A stretch of 64,000 bases of DNA from positions 496,001-560,000 of the forward strand of contig NW_027596135.1 in assembly GCF_964194155.1 (NCBI RefSeq), read 5' to 3'. The stretch is from Cetorhinus maximus. Its lineage: Eukaryota. The notes below the pieces were generated by a model, which saw only the letters and a list, made by a program, of their open reading frames with translations, was not told the origin of the DNA and did not search any database. Below are positions 48,170-59,046 of the stretch, piece after piece; the first letter of the stretch is position 1, and each line of letters opens with the position of its first letter. The position numbers and the translations under genes are program-made.

Positions 48170-49225
48170 GTTAGTACGCAAGTGCAGCAAGTGATTAGGA
48201 AGGCAAATGGAAGGTTAGTGTTTATTACGAGGGGGGATAGAGTATAAAAGTAGGGAAGTCTTGCTACAACTGTACAGAGCATTGGTGAGACCGCACCTGG
48301 AGTACTGTGTACAGTTGTGGTCTCCTTATTTAAGGAGGGGGATGTTCATTGGAAGCCGTTCAGAGAAGCTTCACTTGGTTGATTCCTGGGATCAAGGGGT
48401 TTGTCTTGTGGGGAAAGGTTCAGCAGGTTGGGCCTATAACCATTGGAGTTTAGAAGAACGAGGGGTGATCTTATTGAAACATATCAGATTCTGAGGCGGG
48501 GGGGGGCTTGACAGGGTAGATGCTGAGAGGATGTTTCCCCCTTGTGGGGGAATCTAGAACGAGGGCACAAGATCAGGGGAGCAAGCAGCAGATTGGGATT
48601 AAAGTCATGGGGAAGAGATTATCTCAGACTCCAGGGGCCAGTGATTTTCTAATCAAGCAGGATTCCTGCTCCTTGTTCCCCAACAAGAGAGGTGCCTCCT
48701 GTGTAAAGTCCACTTCTCACTTATCATCCTCAGGACCTCGATTGAAGGCAGAAGCTAGTACTCCTTGTGCAGAATGTGAGCCAGGAGATTATCGCAGGAT
48801 CGCAGCATTGTAACAGTGCAGAAGGAGGCCTTTCAGCCCATCCTATCTGCACCAGCTTTCCAAATGAGCAATTCACCCAGTGCCACTCCCCCGTCCTCTC
48901 CCTGTAACTCTGCACATTCTTCCTTTCCAGATAATGACCCAACTGCCTTTTGAAAGCTCTGATTCACCCTGCCTCCCCCACACTCTCAAGCAGTGCATTC
49001 CAGACCCTAACCACTCGCTGCGTGAAAAAGTTCCTTCTCGTGTCTGCCTTGCTTCTTTTACCAATCGCCTTAAATCCGTGTCCCTCTGGTTCTCGATCCT
49101 TCCGCCAATGGGAACAGTTTCTCCCTTTCTGCTCTGTCCCAGACCCCTCGTGATTTTGAGCACCTCGATCAAATCTCCTCTCAACCTCCTTTACTCCAAG
49201 GAGAACAGTCCCAGCTTCTCTAATA
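48170..49225. mobile_element. Composite CR1 fragments; inverted copy of 36570-37350
   Basis: ORFs 48520-48813(+) and 48730-48942(-) nearly identical to 36814-37107(-) and 36685-36897(+). Confidence 0.8.
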
Positions 49226-50078
49226 TTTGGTTTGAAAAGAGCATTCAGTGTCGAAGATTGAAGGAGGAATGAGCACCCATGATTGGAAATGCAGATGAGT
49301 TAGCTTAACTTTTATTTTCCTGGACTGTCGGCCTAGTTGGTGGGGAGCTTTCATCCTCCGGCCCGCCCCAGCCTGTCCAAAATTTTACAGTGGGACGGAC
49401 GAAGCCTAGAAGCCAAGGCCGGCTCTTGCCCCAGTTGGGGTTCTTAAGGGGGCAATTAATGATGAATTGACTGCTGCACTTTGCCAACTCTGTCACATCA
49501 ACAAATGATGCCAAACGTGGCATCGGAGATCGTTGGGAAAGCTGTACATTAAAGCAAATAATTTCAGTCAGGTTTATATCTATATTAACAAAAGCCTACT
49601 CTTCTGTGTGTGAGGATCCATATTTTCCATTAAAATTTATTTGGTTCCTATGTTTTTGTATATTTCGTTTCCATTTATAATTCTCGTTCATGTATTTTAA
49701 CAATCCAGAAAGTGACAAGTGATGGTGGCAGATCTCCTGGTCGGAGTAACTACAAGCAGGAGCCACGTGAGAATGATATCGATTAAATAAGGGTGGAACA
49801 GTAGCCATGAGTTTTTTTCCTCAGAGGTTAACAGAGCCTTGAGCAGTAAGAGTTAAATAAATGGACTAAACCAGAGGTGGATTGTATTGCAGAGTCAGCT
49901 CCTCTGAGTCAGTCTCTGAAGTGATCGATTGGACTGAATTCCAACTCTTGGTTCCACAGGACACGCTCTTTCGGAAGGCGAATGGAGGCAGATTCAGCCG
50001 ACGTCTCTTAGTCTCCAGATATCGGGGGGCCGGGGGGGTGGGGGGCAGAGTTGGGAGTTCCGAGTTTGATGGTCCGTT

Positions 50079-50152
50079 TCAAGTGGTTATGGGGCTGGGA
50101 GTCCGTTCACTTTCCACATAGAGGTGTTCAGCCTCCCCCTGTGTCCACACTC
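50079..50152 (-). CDS. WB: Tentative WB-2 terminal exon (GVWTQGEAEHLYVESERTPSPITT*)
   Basis: Strong acceptor cttttcttcccag, phase 1, ends in TGA. Confidence 0.45.
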
Positions 50153-53100
50153 CTGGGAAGAAAAGTGCAAGAGGGGATGACACATATCTACAGGTAACAA
50201 GAGTTCAGTATTGTCTGTAATGCTCCAATTCCTGTTACATTCTCCATTGCTGCCGAGCAGCTGTATAAGGCTACATGAATGTTGCTAGCACGTTAATTTT
50301 AGAAGATAATTATAATGCTGCTGTAATTTCACAATCAGTCAATTGGCAGCACAGAACTTGAATATGGCTGGAAAAGGGGACGTGTTGCCAACACGGTTTT
50401 TGTCAGGACAAAGTGCAGCACTTACTGAACAATCCTGAGTGCGCCAAGTGACACTAACAACCAATTTAAGATAATCAGTCAAGCACATAACGTGTCTCAT
50501 TTATGCTTGATCGAAGTGACATACATTCATACACAGGGCCCCAACCTCTGCAAGCAAAAGAAACATGTTCAAGCCTTGTGTCTTTTCTGAATTACTCGGA
50601 AGTTCGGGGAGCCAATAGTTCCCTGTTGTTTTCTCCGTGGTAATGCCTCGGCCAATCAGAGTCGACCTGCCAACCAATCGGCACCTTTCTCCCTAGTATA
50701 AATTGTTGTGATCTCCTGAGACTTGGCATTCTTATGTTTGTCCTGATGAGTCCAAGATGAAAAGCTTTGGCAGCATGTCTCTCTTTCACTATATTCTCTC
50801 TCGGTGTTTATCTACAATCTGTCTCTCTCTGCAGTCGCTGCCTCTTGCAGGGGCACAGAGTCCACAGGCCCCCTGCGCTCACCCGAGGAGTTGTGTGTTG
50901 TGTGGGAGGCCAGACTGTGAGCATTGGCCAGGTCCGATCACATCCTCGCCTTGTGTCTGCCTGCATACTTTCCGTCAGGAGTTACCGGACTGGGATCGGG
51001 AAGGAAGTTGGGGAAAGGGTCCTTGGGAAGATTGAAGAACCTCAAGAGTTGAAGCAGGTTGGGCAGAGCTCATGCTAATGTGGAGGATGAGTCTCACACA
51101 CCTCAGCAACAGTGCAGTTCCCATCCAGAACTTAGCTGCGAGGTTATAGACACAGTGCACCATTGAGGAGACAGTGGAACTGTGGTATTGTCACTGGACT
51201 TGCAGTTAAGAGGACCAGGCTAATGCTTTGGGGGCACAGGTTCAAATCCTAACACAGCAGTTGGTGGGATTTAAATTCAATTAATAAATCTGGAATATAA
51301 AAAGAGATAACCTGAGCGTTGATTTCTTTGTTGTAAAAACTGCTGTCCTTTAGGCATCGATTGTCATAAAAACCCCATCTGGTTCACTGATGTCTTTTCA
51401 GGAAGGAAATCTGTCGTCCTTACCCGGTCTGGCCTATACATGACTCCAGACCCACAGCAGTGGGGGTTCACTCTTAACATCCCCTCTGAAATGGCCCTAG
51501 CAAGCCACTCAGTTCAAGGGGCAATTGGGGATGGGCAACAAATACTGGGCTAGCCAGCAATGCCCACATCCCCATGAAAGGACAAAAGAAAATTAAGTGC
51601 TTGCGCGCTACAGTGTAGAGTCTGAGTGTCACTCTGTTACCTAAATCCATGTTAGAGGAATAGGCATCGGTACGCGTGTTGACTTGACTCTGGTTCGGTC
51701 CAGGTTGTGAGCCACAGGCATGGAGCCCTGGGAAAGAAATAATCAACACAAGCTTTGAATCCTTGGCTAACGCTCTCTTCCCCACCGCCAGCCCCTATCC
51801 TCTCGGAAATCAGTGAGACCCATCCCCCAGTGAAACACATTCTGCAATCCAGGAACACCTAATGGGGGAAAGATGGAAGTGACGGCTGAACTCATGTGCT
51901 GGCTGGTTGTTCCTGTTTGCACCTACTGTTTTTGGCTGTGTGTACACAGGGGCTTATAAACACAAATCTGTCATGCCACCCTCTCATGGAGGCACATCTT
52001 TTTTCTTTATCCTTCCTTGGGATGTGGGAGTGGCTGGCAATTGTTGCCCGTCTGTAATTGCCCACTGAACTGAGTGTCTTGCTAAGGGCCATTTCAGAGG
52101 GACAGTTAAGAGTCAACCGCATTGCTGTGGGTCTGGAGTCACGTGTCGGCCAGACCGGGTAAGGACGGCAGATTTCCTTCCCTAAAGGACATTAGTGAAC
52201 CAGATGGAGTTTTTACGACAATTGATGGTAGTTTCACGGTCACCATCACTGAGACTGGCTTCCAATTCCAGATTTTATTAACTGAATTTAAATTCCACCA
52301 GCAGCTGGGGTGGGGTTTGAACCCGTGTCCCCAGAGCATTAGCCTGGGCTTCTGGGGGTACTAGTCCAGTGACATTACCACAGCACTACCATCTCTTATT
52401 GTTGCCAAATTAGTGGAGTTTCTGAGTTGGTTAGAACATGCATCAATATTCCTACCTCTCCATCTGCTGATCCCTCCAGCCAGGACTATGATTCCAAGTA
52501 TCATGAATACTATCCCGGTCGCGTATCCGTAAGTCTGCCAGCTTTTCATCTTAGGAGCTGGGGAACGAAGAAGAATTAGGGTCGGAAGATATCACAGTGC
52601 CGGACTGGCATGAACAACTTTGTTTCCTTCCCCAGGCCCTTGGGCACCCTGAGATTATGGGCCACAACACAGACAGGAGGGCAGGCGGGCAGGCATGGCT
52701 GCTGTCAGGCGGGTATCTACATCCCTGGCATCTTGCTTCTACAAAGTGCCGGAAACCAATCAAGTGATGTTTCTGTTGCACCTGTCCCTGCACATTGCTG
52801 CCCCAGGGATGCAGCTAAGCTTGCCAATGAGAGGAACAACTTCATTTAAATAAAATGTCATTCTGTCTCACAAGAGGCTCTTGTGCATATGCAAGCCAAA
52901 GCCCCAGCACTCTCTGGTGCTATGCACTGTTAATAGACACCACTCATTAATCAGTGGCTTTGGATATACATGACTGCAGTGTATTGAAAATTGCAATGTG
53001 CATTTTGTCTGCTCAAGGCTACCATACAAACATGTACCGCTAGAGGGAATCTAGAATGAAATGAAAAGAAATGAATTCATGTTTTAACAGTACATGCAGT

Positions 53101-56100
53101 TTTGCTTTTGAATGCTTCCTCTGTTTCTTCCCCAGAGCTTCACAGAGACTTTGCTGCATTTTTATTGCAGACCTGTGTTAACAAGTCAGATCAATATGGA
53201 TGCTAGCTCATGAAACAGATTCTGCCAAGTCTTCTCACCTCTCTCCCTGAAGTCAACAGGGCTTACGCTCCATGGGAGCTGGCTGCCCTCTGGCCCCCTC
53301 CTCCTCCTCATGCGAACATCAGCAAGGTTTTCAACAGCAGAGGGCCCATTGCCAAGTTCAATGTTGTGTCACTGAATGTTGATCAGAGCACAGGAACAGG
53401 CCATTCTGCCTCTTGAGCCTGTTCCATCTGGCGTTCAGTTAGCTCACGGCTGACCTGTACACCTACCCTTGCCCAAGCAAAAACCCGTTAATTGCAGAAT
53501 TGAAATAGGCAGGAATCGCCACCCTCCTTTTGTAGTCCCAAGGCACTGAAACCGATTGAAGAGCCTCTTGTGAGACAGAATGACATTTTATTTAAATGAA
53601 GTTTGAGCGCCCCGTGAATCAAAGCCTACACCTTTGCTCACACCCTGAAAGCTCGTACATTAACAATCACCCTTTAGTTCCAAAATAATCCTCCAGCTGG
53701 CATTAAACATTGTAGATACCATAAGTAAATCATTCTGTTCAGGCTAAAACTAATGGATAGATTTATTTACAAATAAGAAGACTATACTGAGCAAGAAATC
53801 AATACAAGCTTCTAAAGAGGCTAATTTCCTGGCCCATTTGCATCAGTATGGCACCAGGTGATGTACATTTGTGCCTTAAAATTTTGCAAGGGAGGACTTA
53901 CCCCAAATTGCTGTTAGTTTGTTGGGGCTGCTACTGTGCTCCACTTGGCAGGTGTAGGTGTCGCCGCTCCGGGGAGCAATGCTGATCTGGAACAAAACCT
54001 GGAATGTCCCGTCCGTGTTTGGTAAAATCCTGCTACTCAACACCTCCTGCTCGAAAGCATCACCATTGTGCAGCCAGGTTGCATTTATGCCTCTTGGATA
54101 AAATCCATTCACACGGCAGATCAGAAGTAAGGGGTCTTTTCCGCTGTGCAAGCGGTGGGCGGTTATGTTGACAGAAGGCTTGGCTGCAGAAGCAGGAAGG
54201 CCAATGGGTTTAAAACTCCTCAGTAAATGCGGTAGAGCAGAAAAGACTTCAAATAAAATTACCCAGATTTCCTGAATCCAGATTGGTGAAAATTCCAGTG
54301 GCCTCAGCAAATTTATAGCACAGAGTCAATGGGCTGAATGGCCTCCCTTGATGCTGCAAAATTCTATAATTGTAGTGCACTGCCCGAGAGCATGGAGGGA
54401 GATGTCAGACTTTTAATCAGTAAGGGAATCAAGGGTTATGGAGAAAAGGCAGGGAAGTGGAGGTGAGGTTTATCAGATCAGCCATGATCTCCTTGAATGG
54501 CGGAGCAGACTGGATGGGCCGAATGGCCTACTTGTGCTCCAACATCTTTTGGTCTTATGGTAGCCTCCTGCAGCCCCTAGAACCCTCCCTATCTCTGTGA
54601 CCTTCTCCAGCCCACACAACCCTCCTTATCTCAGTAAACTCTTCTAGCCCCGACAACCCTCCCTTTCTCTGAAACCTCCTCCATCCCTACAACCCTCTCT
54701 ACCTCTGGAACGTCCTCCAGCCCCTTCAACTCTCCATATCTCTGTAACCTCCTCCAGCCCGTACAACCCTCCCTATCTCTGTGACCTCCTCCAGCCCCTA
54801 GAACCCTCCTTATCTCTGTGACCTCCTCCAGCCTCTACAACCCTCTCTACCTCTGGAACCTTCTCCAGCCCCTTCAACCCTCCCTATCTCTGTAACCTCC
54901 TCCAGCTCCTTCAACCCTCCCTATCTCTGTAACCTCCTCCAGCCCTAAGAATCCTCCCTATCTCTGTAACCTCCTATAACCTTTCGAGATCTCTGCATCC
55001 CTCCAGCCCTGTTCTTTCGAGCATCCCCCGATTCTCATCGCTCCACCGTTGACGGCCGTGCCTTCAGCTGCCTGGGGCCCTAAATTCGCTCCCTCTCCTC
55101 CTTTAAGAAGCTCCTTAAAAATCAACCTCTGTGAACAAGCTTTTGGTCACCTGTCCCTTATATCTCCTGGCGTGTCTCAGGGTCAAAGGTTGCTCCATAA
55201 TCCTGGCACGTCGTGCCTCAGGGATGCTTTTCTTGTGTTAAAGATATTATTTACAAACAGTTAAAATGTTGTAGTTTCGACAGGAAGGACCTCAAAAAAG
55301 GTGGACTGCAAAAGGCACTCTCTGCAGGGACACGCAGAGAGGTTCAGAAAGTTGCTCGATTAGCTCAAGCTGTGAACAACATTACTGACCCCACCCCCTC
55401 GCGGAGTTATTTTAAAAATCCCAGAGGGAAACTTTAAACAACTGTCATAACCTATAATTTTAAGTGTCATGTTTGAGATGCGACTCTAAATTCAGGAATC
55501 AGACCATCAGTTCTTCAGGTTTTACATTAAACTAATTGAAACATTTCATTAATTTATACAGGTTTAGAATATATATATATTATGGTGACAAATTACTACT
55601 ATCATAACTTTTAACAAATTCCCAAACTAATCTCCATTAGGGCACATTGCCTCCGCTTGCACACCTGAAAACTACTGAAGTTATACCTACCGCCACTGAT
55701 TGAATTCAAATTCTCATTGTCCCACCAGTCTCTTTGAACTTTACCTTTTAACAATGAAATCCCATTCATTGTACCAATTTTATTAGCAATAAAAACATAT
55801 TGCTTGATATCTGCTAGAAAGGCATCAAGGTTTCACCCCACTTCTATTCAAAAAATGCAAATACACTCTACCCCTCTGTTTACACCTCAAACTAGTACAT
55901 ATCCAAGCACCCAGACTAGCTGACTTTAATCCAGTTAAGACACACCAGCAGACTAAACTTCTATTTTAAAGGAAAAATATTTTCCAAAATATTATATACA
56001 TTGATAGCTTCATGACAGAGTTCAGTCAGCTGGGACCTCCTGATGTGTATACATGCTTGATGCGGTAACGCACCGCACCCCACAGCCCAGGATGATGCCA

Positions 56101-58701
56101 TTCTGCCCACCTTGCCCGTGCTAGCTCTTTGAAAGTTCTAACCAATTAATCTCACTTCCTGCTCCCAATCTCACCCCACCCGCTTTTTTCCGCACTTACC
56201 GATCAGTTGGCGAGCGGCCCGTAAAACCACGTCTGACACCAGGTTTGCGAAGGAGCCATAGCGAATGTACCTTCTGACCACCTTCTGGTCGCTGTTAAGT
56301 TGCTCAGTGAAAGACTTTGCCAGCGGCTTGGTGGCCACGAACTGATTGGTGGTGTAGTTGAACTGGATGAGTTCTGTTCCGTCATAAGCGAACCTCAGGC
56401 TAACTGCTGGGTGATGAGATTTTTCGATGGAGAACTGTGCCTGCAACATGTGTGCCCCTGGAAGGGGGAGAAAGCAGACACTTAATGCATTAACGTAAGA
56501 CTGACAACCGCCCATTCTGAAGCGAACCGGAACACATTGACCCTTCCCTATGTAAATACCTCCTCACTCCACCACCCTCCCTCCGCACACCACCACCGCC
56601 CCACACCCCTCTCCAACCAATTTCCTTCCCTTCTCTATGTTCAATAATCCATCCCTCACTCACCTTATCCTTCTCTCCCTCCGTGTCACCCCCTCATCCA
56701 CAGCAACACAGGAAATGGCTGACTAGTGCTCATGAGTTCTCAGAACCACAGAATGGCCACAGCGCAGGAGGAGGCCATTCTGCCCGTCATGTCTGTACCG
56801 GCTCTCCGAACGAGCAATGCATCCAGCCACACTCCCCCAGTCTTCTCCCCATAACCCTGAGCGTTCTTCCTCTTCAGATAATGACCCAACTCCCTCTTAA
56901 AAGCCTCGATTGATCCTGCCTCCCCCACACTCTCAGGCAGTGCATTCCAAATCCCAACCACTCGCTGTGTGAAAAAGTTTCTCCTCATGTCGCCGTCACT
57001 TCTTTTGCCAATCGCCTTAAATCTGTGTCCCTCTGGTTCTCGACCCTTCTGCCAATGGGAACAATTTCTCCCTATCTACTCTGTCCCAGAGACCCTCGTG
57101 ATTTTGAACATCTCGATCAAATCTCCTCTTAACCTTCTCTTCTCCAAGGAGAACACTCCCAACTTCTCCAATCTATCCGAGGAACTGAAGTCCCTCAACC
57201 CTGGAACCATTCTTGTGAATCTTTTCCGCACTCTCTCTCTCTCTCTAAAGCCTTCACATCATTCATAAACTGCGGTGCCCAGAACTGGACACAATACTCC
57301 AGTTGAAGCTGAACCAGTGTTTTATTCAGGTTTCATGGCTACTTCCATTGGCCTCAGTGCCTCCAGATTAAGGAGGTCGAACCATAGAACTACATAGCAC
57401 AGAAGGAGGCCATTCAGCCCATCGTGCCTGTGCTGGCTCTTTGACAGATCCATCCAATTAATCCCAACCCCACCCCACTCTCTCCCCGCCATAGTCCTGC
57501 AAATCTTTCCCCTTCGAGTATTTATCCAATTCCCCATTTTGAGCGTTCCTATTGAATCTACTTCCACCGCCCTTTCAGGCAACTCGCTATGCCAAAAAAA
57601 TTCTTCTCACCTTCCCCTCTGGTTCTTTTACCGATTCTCTTCAATCTGTGTCCCCCTCTGATTATCAACCCTCCTGCCACTGGAAACAGTTTCTCTTTAT
57701 TTATTCGATTGAAACCCCCTCATGATTTTGAATGTTTCAATTAAATCTGGCCCCTTAACCTTCTCCTCAACACCCCCACTCGACCACTCCTCACTCACCC
57801 CTCCCACCCCGACCTCTCCTCAGCCCCCCACCCCATCCCCTCCTCACAAGCTCCCACCCCTCCTCACCACCCCACCCCCAACACCGACCCCTCTGCTCCG
57901 CCCCTACACTCATTCCCTTCCTCACAGACCATCACCCCTGCCCCTCCACCGCCCCAGCCTGACCCCTCTGCAGCTCCCCCCCACCCCCTCCTCAATGCAC
58001 CCCCACTCCTCCCCTCCACACTATCTTCTCCTCACTCCCCTTTCCGCGTCCTCTCCTCACGGCCCCTCAACCTGTCCCCTACTCACCCAGTCCCCTCCTC
58101 ACCCTCCACCCTGTCCCCTACTCACACCCCATGCTTTCCCATCCTCTCTGCCCCCACCCCCTGCTCACTGGCCCCATGCCCTGTCCCTTCCTCACTGCCC
58201 CAACACCCCACCCCACCCCACCCCCTCCTCACTGCCCTCATGCCCCGCCCCCTCCTCACAGCTCCCACCCCCACCCTGTCCCATCCTGGCTTCCCACTCT
58301 CCCCTCCCGCAGACACACCCCTCTCCGTCCCCACCCCCCAGGACTCCTCCATTCTTCCTGGGCTCCCCCTTCACTGCCCTCTTTCTCCACCCCTCCAATT
58401 CAGCCTCTTCCCTACCCTTTAACCTCCCTGCCACCTCTAGCCCCTCCATCTTACTCTCCCCTCCTACCACCTTCACCCCTCCCTGGTCCTTCACTCTCCC
58501 GCCTCCCCTTCCGTCCCCTCTTCTAACATTTCTCTGCTCTGTCCACCATCCTCAACCCCCACCCCCCCATCCTTCTCCTCACCCCCTTTACTCCTCTCTT
58601 TGTCCCGTCCTGCCCTCTCTTTACCCCTCCCCTTAACCTCCTCTCTCCTTACCCAAGGTCTGGAAGAGTCCAGACACTAGGAGGACGAAGACTCCAATCA
58701 T
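50079..58701 (-). CDS. WB: MHC W-category (class II-like) beta chain gene 2
   Basis: Leader 58653-58701, beta1 56200-56457, beta2 53902-54183, TM 52456-52557; tentative cytoplasmic exons starting at 51858, 51641-51727 and 50079-50152. Confidence 0.83.
50735..50776 (+). ncRNA. Minimal type I hammerhead ribozyme motif within a Penelope-like remnant (~50560-50790)
   Basis: TGTC-CTGATGA-GTC caa GAT-GAAA-AGCT-TT-GGCA: core boxes, short stem II, palindromic AAGCTT stem III, stem I with one G:U pair. Confidence 0.55.
51175..51590 (+). mobile_element. HE1-like tRNA-derived SINE
   Basis: A/B-box head (gggttcaaatcc), conserved body and HER1-shared tail. Confidence 0.8.
51641..51727 (-). CDS. WB: WB-2 cytoplasmic exon (GLHACGSQPGPNQSQVNTRTDAYSSNMDL)
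   Basis: Acceptor tttctttcccag, donor TAG|gtaaca; 87 nt phase 1-1; NQSQVNTRT resembles NRSQTSMRS of WB-1. Confidence 0.55.
   Translation of the reverse strand, partial: GSMPVAHNLDRTRVKSTRVPMPIPLTWI
52005..52390 (-). mobile_element. HE1-like tRNA-derived SINE
   Basis: Reverse complement of the 51175-51590 family. Confidence 0.8.
52456..52557 (-). CDS. WB: WB-2 TM exon (APKMKSWQTYGYATGIVFMILGIIVLAGGISRWR)
   Basis: Acceptor ttcgttccccag, donor G|gtagga. Confidence 0.85.
52838..53603. repeat. Perfect 45-bp inverted repeat pair (52838-52882 / 53559-53603)
   Basis: AACTTCATTTAAATAAAATGTCATTCTGTCTCACAAGAGGCTCTT and its exact reverse complement. Confidence 0.9.
53902..54183 (-). CDS. WB: WB-2 beta2 Ig C1 exon
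   Basis: AKPSVNI..LICRVNGFYPRGINATWLHNG..ILPNTDGTFQ..YTCQVEHSS..AIW; 282 nt. Confidence 0.93.
54560..55010. repeat. ~32-bp minisatellite (CCTCCAGCCCCTACAACCCTCCCTATCTCTGTAA-like)
   Basis: About 13 degenerate copies. Confidence 0.85.
55443..56017. mobile_element. Putative solo LTR
   Basis: TGTCAT...ATGACA termini, AT-rich, ~575 bp; no clear TSD. Confidence 0.4.
56200..56457 (-). CDS. WB: WB-2 beta1 exon
   Basis: GAHMLQAQF...LRFAYDGTELIQFNYTTNQFVA...EQLNSD...; acceptor ccccttccag, donor G|gtaagt. Confidence 0.87.
56740..57770 (-). mobile_element. CR1-type LINE 3' fragments
   Basis: MRRNFFTQRVVGIWNALP etc. Confidence 0.8.
57770..58650. repeat. C-rich polypyrimidine low-complexity tract (G-rich on the WB-2 sense strand)
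   Basis: Directly visible; source of the Pro-rich pseudo-ORFs. Confidence 0.9.
58653..58701 (-). CDS. WB: WB-2 leader exon (MIGVFVLLVSGLFQTL)
   Basis: Hydrophobic leader, donor G|gtaagg. Confidence 0.78.
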
Positions 58702-58976
58702 CCCGATGAGGGGAGGGGAGGGGGGCAAAGGCGGGGGGCAGGAGTGGTGTTTAGATCCAGATCCGAGGGTTCTCACTGCCTCTCCCGCAGGAGCTCCAGC
58801 AAGTTCCAGGGGCTGCAAGGCTTCCGAGAATGCACCTGGGGCATTCTCTTTGACCGAGTTCAGACGTCGTCACTTAAATGCCGCCCACTTTACTCAGTGC
58901 TTCCTCTTTCTGGTCTTGACGTTTTCATTTGGCTTCTATCGAAAGCATTTTTAAATGCCTTGACCATGAGGGAGTG
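58702..58976. promoter_or_regulatory. Compact bidirectional promoter between WB-2 and WA-2
   Basis: 275 bp between opposed ATGs; GAS-like TTCCGAGAA at 58822-58830, GC boxes, CRE-like TGACGT, ETS-like CTTCCT. Confidence 0.65.
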
Positions 58977-59046
58977 ATGAGCAGAGATTTTGTCCTCTTT
59001 TTCCTCCTCCTCTGTCCATGTCCCGGGACAGGGAACTCAGGACTGG
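58977..59046 (+). CDS. WA: WA-2 leader exon (MSRDFVLFFLLLCPCPGTGNSGL)
   Basis: Hydrophobic leader; donor G|gtgagt. Confidence 0.75.

Noticed and set aside
57722-58636. 304-aa Pro-rich ORF
   Set aside because: C-rich low-complexity intron sequence, antisense to WB-2
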